Origin: Basidioascus undulatus
Lineage: Eukaryota
Length of the DNA: 33,222 nucleotides
Direction: 5' to 3'
NCBI GenBank assembly: GCA_000826855.1
Contig: JTLS01000085.1
Coordinates: forward strand, 1 to 33,222
Part shown: one piece after another, positions 1 through 10,651 of the stretch
How positions within the stretch are numbered: the first letter of the stretch is position 1
Layout: each line of letters opens with the position of its first letter
Position numbers and translations under genes: made by a program
Notes under the pieces: generated by a model
What the model was told of the DNA's origin: nothing
The model's database searches: none
The model's input: only the letters and a program-made list of their open reading frames with translations

Positions 1-974
1 GGCCGTTCAATCGACTCGCTCCTCCTCACGCTTGACCACCCGCTTCCGCAACCCGCCGAACCCACCAAAGTCGGCGAAACCGCCAAACCCGCCAGCGCCG
101 CCGAAAGGCCCGCCCCGCGTGCCGTACGCGTTCGGGTCGAAGCCTTGCTGGAAGGACGCGGCGCCGTAGCGGTCATAGTTGGCGCGCTTGGTCTCGTCGG
201 AGAGGACCTGAAGAACAGCTCGACTTCAGCAGCGTGTACCTCATTCCTAATTAAAGAATTCACGCACGTCGTAGGCAGCCTGGATGTCTACGAACTTTTC
301 CTTCGAGGACTTGTCCTTGTTGGTGTCCGGGTGGTACTTCTTGGCGAGCTGCAAAAGCCAGGCCACAAGATGAGTAGAGCTTCTCTGACCGAACACCTTG
401 GAAGATGCGAACCTGATAGTAAGCCTTCTTGATGTCAGATGCAGAAGCGTCCTTCGACACGCCGAGGACCTGATAGGGGTCTTTTGGGGTGCCGGCGCGA
501 GCAGGAGATGATGCGTAGAAGGAGCGCTGGAGGAAACGTCTCAATGAGTTCGAAACGGAGTTATCACCGTGATGTAGATGCGCCGCGTACCGCTTGACCA
601 GATGCAAAACTCGAAGAAGCAGAAGGTCGAGGGGGGGAAGAGCTGAGGGGCTGTTCGGGAGGAACATGGTCAGCTCACCGCCTCGCGCTTCACTCGACAC
701 TGAAGTGCACGTATGCGGCCCATATAGTTCCATTCCACGCAAACATTTGGCGGGTATCGTGGACTCATGCTGGTTCCCTCACAGATTCAAGCCGTCTTCG
801 ACTCACCTTGAGCTCATTGTGCGCGTTCCGCGGGCTCCCTAGCCCAATCACCCTTGCCCCTGGTGATCCGGCAGCCCATTTAACGCCCCTCGAAGAGCTC
901 GGAGCCGGTGGCGGCTGGGGTGCGGCAGCGATGAGGACGGCTCGAGCTGCCGAGGTCGGAAGGCGAGGCGGCAT
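1..974 (-). CDS. MDJ1: Mitochondrial DnaJ/Hsp40 chaperone (Mdj1-like), multi-exon, 3' part runs off the window
   Basis: ATG at 974 ([14 protein letters not shown]..., Arg/Ser/Ala-rich presequence-like). Spliced J-domain: [73 protein letters not shown] with the HPD motif, then a G/F-rich linker ([22 protein letters not shown]). Exon 2 boundaries are uncertain. Confidence 0.85.
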
Positions 975-1658
975 GAATAGTAGCGATGGTCCGAATAAAA
1001 CAAGAAAAGCCGTGAGCGTGAGATGAGTTGTGAAAGAAAATGTGTCTAAGAATCCATGCGGTGCGAGTATGCGAATGCGGTAGATGGACGAGGGCAAGAG
1101 AGAAGACGCTACCTCCAAGGCGAAGATGATTTCGCGAGGGCTTTCGAGCGCCTTCCGCCGGCAAGACATCCGCTTGTCAGTGGTCCGAATCGTATCGCCC
1201 TCTCGCAGCCCAGCTGTTTGTCTGTTCCCTTTACGTATCCCAAGGCGCCACACAGCACCAGCTCTCATACTTTACCATTTTCTTCAATGTGCAGCACGCC
1301 CTGACGAACAACGATGGGACCTGGAAGAATGGCCGCGAGATCTTGATGACGCCATGAATCCAACAGGCTTGAATCCAAATCTCTTCGTGCTGCCGCTGCC
1401 TGAGCACCGCTTGGGCAAAATGTTGATTGTGAACCGTGTTCTTTGGAAAACCGGCTCATTGCTTCGATGGACAGTAACGTGTTGGACCCCAGTCTTTGCG
1501 CTGGCTGTGCTGTGTATCCAACTGACTGCCTTCCGACAGGCTGCCTTGCACAGACAAGCGCAAAGCGAAGCCAATCTGCGATCCAACACGGGCGTACTGC
1601 AGTACAGAAAGAGCAAGCTGAAAGGGAAGCATTGGGTCTATCGACTGCATCCTTCGGC

Positions 1659-2380
1659 TCATGGTCTCCCTCCTTCGAAAGGCTGCGCCATCCCCCCGGA
1701 GCGGCCGCCCCCGCCCGGACTCCTGCTCCTGCTCCTCTGGCTAATCTTATCCCGCAGCACTTGTAGAACCTCTGCGCGCTCGGGCACAGGGGCCGACTGC
1801 GGCTCCAGAGCAGCATCGCGCGAGGCAGTAGAAAAGCGACGTTTGCGCGGGGGCGCGGGCGCGTCTTCCTCGGACTGGAATCCGGAGTCGCTGTCGGAGA
1901 CGAGGGTGGAGGAATGGTCCGAGAGGTCCGAGTGAGATGGCAGAGAACGTTTGCACGTGGTGGGGGGCGAGGCGGGGAGGATGGCAGCGCAGGGGACGGG
2001 GGGCGCTGGGCGGGTGGTGGTCCACATCGCGGCGAGACAGTTGAGTGCGTCGTGGCGGATCATTTCGGTGCGGAGCATGTCGAGGGCGGCTTGTCTCTGT
2101 CGTACAGGTTGCGACAGTCAGTCGCAATGAAAGCATAAGGCAGATTTCGAGAGCCCGCATCCTTCCAAGCATGCATGGCTCTGAAACGCACCTTGTCCTC
2201 CGCCTCCTTCGCAGCAAGCAATGCCAGAAGCATGTCCCTGTCTCCGTCGCCTTACATGTTGTATGACGCAACGATGTCGCTGAGGCTCGGTGTGGTGGGG
2301 CGTGTGAAAGAGCGCATTTGAGTGGACGCCGGATGAAGGCGGGAGTGGTCGGACAGTGGCGGCGAAGGCAGGTGGCTCAT
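1659..2380 (-). pseudogene. Paralog of the uncharacterised gene at 8608-9339, with an in-frame premature stop
   Basis: ATG 2380. PSLSDIVASYNM*GDGDRDMLLALLAAKEAEDK|RQAALDMLR: the TAA at 2252-2254 aligns to CAG (Gln) in the paralog. GT-AG intron 2097-2191 is at the same position as the paralog's intron. Shared downstream motifs AAILPxSP, KRR and PxRAxVLxxLRxKxSxRS. Confidence 0.75.
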
Positions 2381-3066
2381 GCGCGTTATCGGCAGTGTAG
2401 CGCTCGGTGGAAGAGGTGAGATCACAGATGCGGTAACGAGCAGACGGAAAAGGGGAAGTTGCATCTCCTTTGACACGACTCCCTTTTGCGCTCTTCTCGG
2501 CGGAAGGGTATCCGCATCATCCACGCCAGGAGGCCGAGGGAGGCCGCCCGAAAGAGGCACCCTGGCGTCTTGGCTCTCTGGAATTGGGTGCAGACCTGAC
2601 TGTCCACTATGGACCAAAAGGAGCCGCAAGAGTGCCCACTGCTATTCAAAGGAGATGCCAAGACCGAGGGGTCTGCGAAAATTGTCACAGTTCACATTAT
2701 TTTGGGAGGGTGCTGCAGCCGCTGCGTATTGTCAAACCACGCCGGCAGATACACCGAGAGGCCCAGGTCCGCCCCAGAGTTGTCGACTGATTTCCTTGTG
2801 CCCATTCTATGCAGTCAGATCCTTGGGCATTAGAATAACTGATGGTTATAGGCTCTCTTGCATGCAGCAACATAACGCTTTTGTTGAACGGCCGGCGCGT
2901 TATTTCAGACCATGCTAACGTGCGCTAAACTTAATCTGCGCTGCGCATGATGCCATTCTCTACCTCAGATAAGCCTGAGAGCACGCAAATTTTCTTCAAG
3001 TACACTTCTGAGCGTGGAACGTTGCAACGTGGACAATACACCCACATGTGAGCCTTTTTCAGATAC

Positions 3067-3721
3067 TCAAGCGAGCAGGCGGAGCGGTAGAAAGCGTTGA
3101 CCGTCGATAGGAGGGGGCCGACAGGCGTGCTTTACATGTCCAATATCGGATGCTGATTGAAACCTGAAGGCTTGGAAGTCCAGATTGAAGTGGAACTTAA
3201 TAGTAATCGGTTCTCTGAGTTCACAGGGGAGCTGGAGAGAGGCGCACTGCTGTTCGGAGTCCTCAAGGCTCATCAAGCTGAGAAATGAGGCTGGCCGCAA
3301 GAGGCGACATGCTGGCCACTCAATGCCTGCAACTGAGTGCCTAAATCTTTGACTCCAATAACACCATGTGAAAAGAACGATTGCTTTTGGTGCTTTCTGC
3401 ACGAAGTCAGCGAGTAACCATTCACGTTCCACGGTCGCAGTTTTTGGTCTCACACAGTTCAGCAGCTCAGCAACCGACTGAGCTGATTGGGCATAGAAAT
3501 TCAAATCCATAGAAATTCAAATCCATAGACATGTCTCTTTGGATATAGTAAGTCGCTAGTTGATGAGGCAAAACCCTTAGAGATATGTTCTTCGGTACCG
3601 GCAAACGCAAGGCTACTAGAGCTCCAATGGGATCCCCGTGCCCCGTCCAGCGGTGAGCGACATGATGACTACGAACAGCCTTTAGCTTTGCCTGAAAGAT
3701 GTGCCGTCTGTCTTGATGCAC
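3067..3721 (-). pseudogene. Candidate frameshifted gene of unknown family (about 212 codons if the 16-bp duplication is removed)
   Basis: ORFs 3467-3721 and 3067-3510 both contain MDLNFY and join into one frame when one copy of the 16-bp tandem repeat is deleted. No family motif recognised. Confidence 0.3.
3492..3528. repeat. Perfect 16-bp tandem duplication (catagaaattcaaatc)x2 plus catag
   Basis: Read directly: 3492-3507 equals 3508-3523. Confidence 0.95.
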
Positions 3722-4392
3722 ATCAAGTGTTAGCTACTGCCATCATCGGTCAAGGCTATTGGAAGGCGCCAGCATGCCGTACGGTGGGGTGTGTTCGCTT
3801 CCCTTTGTCATCGTCGCTGTCGCACAGTCACTCACTCCCTGCTCGCGCGTGACACGGTCGTTTCCCTTTCACTTGAATGAGTCTTGCATGAGCGACATCG
3901 GCTCAGAATGTCGCTCCAACCGTCTTGTCGCTCCCTTAGCGTGCAGGCTAGTCAACCTTGGAAGGGAACTTGGTCCAAGGGCTGCTTAGCGAGCATAAAG
4001 CCCGTGCAAGTGTACTGTAGTTGCTGTATTCTTCCCCCTCAGAAGCAGCCTGTTCAACAAAACAGAAACCCCTCACCCTACGTTCTCGGTCGCGATGCTT
4101 CAGAATTACCCCAAACGTAATCGCCCTTCTGCACCTCTCCGGCTCGACCGCAATCGGACGTCTCATCCACCTCCCTCTACCTCGTCTCTGCGAACATACT
4201 CCTATTCTGCGGACAAGCCCCTATACAGATTACCCACTACTCCGGCTGCCTCCGCGCCGCCGTCCGACGGAATCCTCCACCCACCTTCACCGTCGGCACC
4301 CGCACATCGCAACTGCAACCAAGCAACCGGCAGGGGAGCCTGGGGTGGGGCTTTGAATCGTTTGGCGTGCTCGGATGTGGGAAATCACCTTT

Positions 4393-4614
4393 CTCTTTTT
4401 ATTCTATTACTTCCCTCCTAGTACTGCTGGACACCCTTATATATTTATACTTAAATGTACAACCCGTTACGACATGCCTGGGTAATTGGCACAACGTCGC
4501 GTTCCTCTTTTTATTCTATTACTTCCCTCCCAGTACTGCTGGACACTCTTTATATTTATACTTAAATGTACAACCCGTTACGACATGCCTGGGCAATTGG
4601 CACAACGTCGCGTT
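4393..4614. repeat. AT-rich tandem duplication, unit about 111-112 bp, two near-identical copies
   Basis: Copy 1 is 4393-4503 and copy 2 is 4505-4614 (ctctttttattctattacttccctcc...cttaaatgtacaacccgttacgacatgcctggg.aattggcacaacgtcgcgtt). They differ by a few substitutions and a 1-bp indel. Confidence 0.95.
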
Positions 4615-5092
4615 GAGGGGCAGGCCTTGATATCCCAGGCCTCCTCGCAGACTAAGGTGAAAGTTGTATGAGATGTTAATACTGTTATTCCGAGCCTATG
4701 CGGATTCAATATAAACGGTAGTCAATACTCTAGAAGGTGGGATTAATCACCGGACTGGCGTTGCCAACAACTCGCTGCAGGGCTTCCTGGACGTCCACCT
4801 GATCTCTGCAAGCCGGCACGGCCTTGCGCATGCATCTGACTGGGATTACGCTGGTATGAAGAAGCCATAGTGCACCGAACGGCTTTCCAAGAGTGCCGAG
4901 GCCGGTCCCTACAAGAAAGCGGGCCGTCCTGGCCGCAAGTTGTGGTGCAGCTCCTGTCTATCTTTCCTGTACTGTCGCCGCTTGGAAAGCTGGTGACGGT
5001 GCTTACATAAATCACGACAACATCTGCTGTCAGAGGCCACTTTCTTACTCTTGCCTGGACAATCTACTTCACAGTCACCCGACACTTTGACG

Positions 5093-6764
5093 ATGAATCT
5101 TCAACCAGTTCTTCTCTTAATTTCGGCATGCGGGTTGGGTGTCTTGTGCTTCACCAACCTACTCAAGGCCTTTGACGGATCTGACCCAAACCTGGTGAGG
5201 CCCTTGTTTTGAGCTCGAGTCATGGCAAGTGTAGCACGGACATACTTCGATGGGCATTACTGTATGACTTTCCTGGTGCTATCCGCACTTTCAGGCCAGG
5301 ATCATCCTCCTTAATCTCACATAGACCTCCTCACGACTATATGGACGAACATTCAAATGGCCCGCTCCACCACACTCTGCGGTCTCAAGACCGCAGAGCT
5401 CAAGTTGGTCTACACGGATGCGGACCCGTCGAGGTACTGCAACGTGTGTGTGTGCCCTTATCGGGATAGAGTTTCTAAGTTCAAGAAGACTGGCTTACAT
5501 TGTCTCTATTACCCAGGGGCGCCCGAGTTGCATATATCGATGGTAGTTAGTGGATCCACTACACTGCCGGAAGAGAGGGCACCCTCGACAATCAACGCCT
5601 GCACGTTCTTGCCAGCGGGAACTCGCCATGGGATGACTTCGCCGTGGGATGACTTTACATATCAAGGCAAGTGTTCCCCGTTGCTGATGAGCTGAAAATG
5701 CACTTTAACCCTGTTCACACATTAGGCCGGATCGTCATACCCAACCGAGACGTTTGGAGTATCGACTCCACTATCTTGTTCACCAAGAGCGGCAACAGCG
5801 GCAACTAGTAGTTTACTCCTCGTGGGATGGAGACCGGATAGCGTAGGTCCTTTGTTGCCCTGAAAGCTCCCCTCACTCCCTTTGCATCTCTGACGGATGT
5901 CAGGCCTTGATCCACAGGAAGCTTCAGAATGCCTACACTGTCGGTGATGCTGTGAGGCTCTCGTGCCTGACGCTTTCATGGGAGCAGCCAGTAGCGTGAA
6001 CGAGGTGGTGGTACGTTTCATTGCTCATTAGTCGAGTAAAGGCAACCAAACCAACTGACTGAGCGAGCTTTCGATAGCTGGACTTTACTGTGGAGGATGC
6101 GCTTTCCTCGCCTACTCTGCATCCGGTTGCATGTAGGAGGGTTACAAGCTCGGCTTGCCCGAGATCACTGGTTCCGACCCCCTGATATCGAGCTCCTGGA
6201 CGAAGTACGATGAACCCATCTTTGAGTCTGCGAGTGGGTGAGTGACCTACTCAAAAGGCGAAGCTGTCCTCAGTCCTCGCTAAAACATGCTTCCTCTATT
6301 CAGGAACTACGGCTTGTGCAAAGTATCTAATTTTAATTGGAAAGAAATTAAAACTTACTTCTTCATTGTCAGCCGGGCCACAACGGATTTTCTTTGTGAG
6401 AATGACCGGATGGCTGAAATATCTCGTCTTCGACTCCCAGTTCATGACCCAGCTCCCGCAGAGCCCCGATGGCACTGAGTTCTGGCTCGTGCGTAGAATC
6501 GCTTTACCATGGTAGCATATCTCTGTACCGAGAATGAAAGCGGCATGCCTTTGGCACTATAATTGCAGGTCTACCACCCTCGTCTGAGGTGACCTGTGAT
6601 GGAACCCGTCGGACCATGGTTCAGCCTTTCCCATGGTAAGTAGAGACCCGACTCGTCTGCAATTGCTCCCCTATTTGAACTGCCATGGCAGGAACGACGA
6701 TGGAACACCGAACCTCGGAGAGCCAGTTTCCATCAGCAGGGACTTACCGGAGCCAGCTTCGTGA
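5093..6764 (+). pseudogene. Secreted glycoside hydrolase family 43 (alpha-L-arabinofuranosidase-like) pseudogene, introns retained
   Basis: Exon fragments in order: signal-peptide-like MNLQPVLLLISACGLGVLC, FTNLLKAFDGSDPNL, YFDGHYYLLTTIWTNIQMARSTTL..LKLVYTDADPSRYCN, APELH/YIDGS*WIHYTAG..DNQRLHVL..SPWDDFTYQGRIVIPNRDVWSIDSTIL, VYSSWDG, TLSWEQ/SVNE, FLAYSASGCM*EGYKLGL..GSDPLISSSWTKYDEPIFESASG, GHNGF, SPDGTEFWL|VYH, CDGTRRTMVQPFPW|NDDGTPNLGEP..PEPAS*. Stops at 5548-5550 and 6134-6136, plus several frameshifts. Confidence 0.9.
5623..5654. repeat. 16-bp tandem duplication (tcgccRtgggatgact)x2 inside the GH43 relic
   Basis: 5623-5638 versus 5639-5654 with one a/g mismatch. It duplicates the SPWDD codons and shifts the frame. 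Confidence 0.9.
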
Positions 6765-7110
6765 AGTAATAGGCCCAAAGAACCAACTAGCTCTCATTTA
6801 CCCATGTAACCATATTGTCATATTGCCTGTGCTTCTACTTCATTTTGACGAGCTTGCACTTGGCGCCATGAAGACATGTTCACCAAACGTGGATTTCCCA
6901 ATCGCAACTTTAAGCCGGATTATATCAGATTTCAATGCGTATCCTGCCAGTAGGGGTTAAACCTTGTGAACCAGGCAGAAGCGCAAAAACTTTGAAAGCG
7001 AGTCTTCCATCGACACTCGAGCCCTCGCCACCACACATGCCCTCCCTTCTCACTCCCTATGCGCTTTGCACCAGTGCCAGAAAGACCGGTACCGTCAAGA
7101 TAGGAAGGCA

Positions 7111-8065
7111 TCAGGGGGAAGATAGCAGAGTACACACCTTCTTGTGCTGTGGCCAGTCGGTCCCTGATGCACCGGGGTGCAGTAGACTGCGCCCTTGCAC
7201 GCGCCGCACAAGTTTCGGCATGCGACCCCGCAAACCTCGCATATCCAACCAATGAGCTCAAAGTGACCCTCAACTTTTTCACAAAATGTGTCGATCTTGC
7301 CGCGATCGAAAAGCATGCTGCGGTGCTCCACAATCCGAAGCTTGCTTCGAGCTTCTTCGAGCATGCAGATCCGTTCTTTGCGTGGCTCGCACCGCCGGTA
7401 AGAAGCGAGCAATAGGCGGATCTCTGGAGGAAAGCACGTCGACGGAACGTAGTGATCGGTATCATACTGAAGTCGAACAAGAGACTGTGCGGTCGTAACC
7501 ATCTCCGCAAAGCGCACGAAGCTGGCCACGACCGAGCCGACGTCGCTTCCTGGTGCCATCGTGTTCTCTACCGAAAATCTCACCTCCAGAGGTGAGGATG
7601 AAATGATGATTGTGACGTCGCTGCTGCAGTTGTGCACGAGTATCGTGTCGAGCTTTTGGACGGAGACTGAGGTGTCCGGAGAGCGATGCGCGTAAAATTG
7701 CTGCGGGAGACCCGAGCTATGGTTGCCAGAGCAGCATCGCGAACGTCATGAATCCCCGTCGAAGAGGCCTCCGACCCCTTGAGTATCACGGCATCCATCT
7801 CGGCGCGATCAGATTCGATCCAAGTCGGGCCCATGCTCACCGGCGTGCCAGACCAGGGTGTTCAGGCTGTATTGGACGACAGCAAGACAGTCGTTACCGA
7901 GTGAAAGCCTTCTCCCGGTGTCGAACAGTCCAAGACTCTGATGAAGAACTTCGAAATGGGATGGCAGCGAGTCAGATCAAGTTTTCCGTCCACTATCAGC
8001 GCCGAGCGAGCCCGGTCTGATTCGGCGGAAACGTGTGGGGGTCGGAATCGAATCGTGATGGTCAT
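7111..8065 (-). pseudogene. MYND-type zinc finger protein pseudogene
   Basis: C-terminal CEVCGVACRNLCGACKGAVYCTPVHQ-(1-nt frameshift near 7163)-TDWPQHKKVC matches the MYND pattern. Upstream pieces 7862-8065 and 7580-7840 share a frame but are separated by TGA at 7862-7864. A further frameshift lies near 7680. Confidence 0.75.
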
Positions 8066-8607
8066 GGAAGGCGCGAGTAGGGTTGAGGTGAGTATGAGTG
8101 CAGTACGATCGAATTGAACGGGGTTCTGATGCTTATATGGAACAGGCAGAGGAGATAAGGCAAGCGACTTGGGATCAAGCGGGGAGGTTGAAAAGAAGAG
8201 ATGGGAGAAAGGGGAGCACTTGGGGAAGACTTGGGGAGAAGGGAGAATGCGGATGCCCCTGGCCGATCTTCGCTCTCATTCCACTCCCGCTCGGCTGCGT
8301 TGAAGCAGGGTGGTATCAAAAAAGCACGCCCTTCATCTTTTTCTTTGCCTTCGATTGAGCTGCAACCGCGACATTGGTTCTACGGCCACAGAATGCAGAG
8401 TTCGCAAGCATCGTTTCCATTTATCTCAGTCATTGGGGCCTGCACTTGTCGGACTACGATTGCCTGCATACGACCTTCGCTTACCTGAACATCCCAGAAT
8501 GAGCAACTTTTGATGTCTCCCTTTCAAGGCGTACTGAGTCTGCAAGGCGGCTTGCGGTGCAGCTGGCCCACCCACATCGTCACAGAGCATGCCAACACAA
8601 AGGTTGT

Positions 8608-9339
8608 TCATGAAAACAACCCGGGGGGTTTATTTGGAAATGAAGATAATATCCTCCTGTCCGACTTCCTTTCCTGGAACCTGTCCTCTGACAACTCCTC
8701 TGCGCTCGTGGGACTGCCACTTCTGCGGCTGACCTTGACGCGCAACGCCGCGAGCACGTCGGCGCGGGTCGGAAACTTCTCAACGGAACGGCGGCGTTTC
8801 GATGCTGGAGCGGAATGAGGCGAAGATAGTCGAGAGGCGATAGAGGAAACAGAGCTGGACGGGGACGAAGCGGGCGAGGAGCTTTGCGAAGCCTCGTGGT
8901 CGGCCGCGTCCACGTCTGATTCGGGCGAGCGTTGGCGCTTGTGGACAGCGGAGGGAGATGGTGGAAGGATCGCGGCTTGCGCGCAGCAGTTGTAGTCCGC
9001 GGGGGTGGCTCGTTCGAAAGCTGCGAGACGAGCGCGCGCCTCGACGCGGAGCACTTCAACGCGAAGATTGTCGAGCGCGGCCTGGCGCTGTTGTACCACA
9101 AACCTAGGGTTTCAGCTCACAAACTAGGGAAGCAGGAAAATAAGAGGAAATGAACGTGCCTTGTCCTCAGCTTCCTTCGCAGCCAGCAGAGCCAGCAGCA
9201 CCTCCCTGTCTCCGCCGCCCTGCTCGTTGAACGCCGCCAGAATGTCGTTGAGGCTCGGCGTCGCACAGGGCGAGCGTGTATGAACGCTAAGCTGGAAGTG
9301 AAGCGAATGCGGCGGAGGCGGTAGTGGCGGAGTACGCAT
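8608..9339 (-). CDS. Uncharacterised two-exon protein with a conserved helical motif and a Ser-rich basic tail
   Basis: Likely ATG 9339 (MRTPPLPPPP..). PSLNDILAAFNEQGGGDREVLLALLAAKEAEDK|RQAALDNLRVEVLR joined by a GC-AG intron at 9088-9159, stop at 8608. Supported by motif and intron conservation with the paralog at 1659-2380. Confidence 0.75.
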
Positions 9340-10651
9340 GTTCTTTGTAGAGACGTCGTCGGCTTGGAGGTGAGGCGCGTGCACGGTGGACGAGGGGTAT
9401 GTCGCGGGATGGGGGAGCCGCTTTGGGGGAAACGCAGCGTCGTCAAGCTGCACTTCGCTAGGTTTTGTATGCGCTGGCGTCCCCTTTAGAAAGACTACTG
9501 GACCCCCTGATAGTGTTCCGAAGAATCAACGCCGTTCGTCTTGGCAACGGATTGCCAAGAGGCTGGTGGCATATTTTCGGCACCCCGGCCCATTGCGTGA
9601 GACCTGCTCGGCGGCTTTGGCACGAAGGGTCCGTACGTTCAATCAGTTGACGAAGAAAAAGCAAAACCAATAGTTGAAAGTGTGGGAAATTGGCATACAG
9701 TGGAGAGGTTGCCGGCAGTACAGTCTGCGGCAGCCGCAAGCGGTTGCACGTTCGTCTCACAGAGTTCGAGCTCTGCAAGCTTGTGCAGTAGCGATGCTTC
9801 ACGAATATCGACTTTGATGATTTAAAGTTGGGCTTATCTATGCATTTGGACTGTATGCGGGAAGAGGTCCATCCAAGGCTCGTAACAGATGCGTTGCGAA
9901 CCCGTAAAAGGCTGCCCGCTCGCTCATTCGCACTTGGTTTCGACACTTTACCGTGTTGTTACTACTCTCAAGTAACTTTGGCTCCATGCTCTTCTGATTT
10001 TAGGCGGGAGTACAATCGTTTCCCAGTGGCTCAAGGGCGCTTGCCTGTCCCTGAAAACGTTGCTACACCTGTGCAGCTACACGTGAACCGATCAAGACCC
10101 GAAGATATTGTCGTCTATGAAATAACGCGGAAATTCCATGACACCGAATCGCCCGGGACACCGGAGCGGACTTCTTTCCTCACCAGTTGGGCCTGCGCGC
10201 CGTCAGTCGCCTGCCTGCAGCGTTCTGCTTGAGCGAAGGAGTTTGTGAGCGATGCAGTGAACCCCCTGGCAATTCATGTTTGCGAACGCAATACACGACG
10301 AGCCGAACACAAGCGACGCTACACCGAGGCGCCAATTCAACCGGCAGGAGCGACCGAAGAGCCAAGAAGAGCGGGCGGTTGAGATGAGTTGAGGCCCCAA
10401 ACGCTCAGCGGCACTCTTTCGAAATGAATGTCGAGCTGGATGCGATCGAAAGACCAAATATGAATATGTTGAATGACAGAAACGCCGGTCCCGCTCGAAA
10501 AGTCAGTGCGTCCCTCGCCGCAGACGCACTCCATCCAACGCGCTCGTGTCCGTGAATTGCATTACCTTCCACCTCGCATCTACTGCCCTTCCAAATCTGT
10601 ACACCCTCCCACCCGACGCAACCCAACTCGCGCTCGGCCCCGCCCAGGCAT

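Noticed and set aside
1084..1935. 283-aa + strand ORF
   Set aside because: No recognisable motif, and its 3' third is antisense to the paralog at 1659-2380.
4080..4130. LGR..CFRI resembling a tyrosine-recombinase C-terminus next to the 111-bp repeat
   Set aside because: It needs an assumed deletion and frameshift, and no upstream HxxR motif is visible.
4393..4614. CRISPR-like array
   Set aside because: Two long adjacent copies with no spacers, in a eukaryotic genome.
10037..10060. RLPVPENV resembling RLPVPKNI at about 3590-3610
   Set aside because: The match is too short and does not extend, and the orientation is inconsistent with the nearby paralog duplication. Probably chance.
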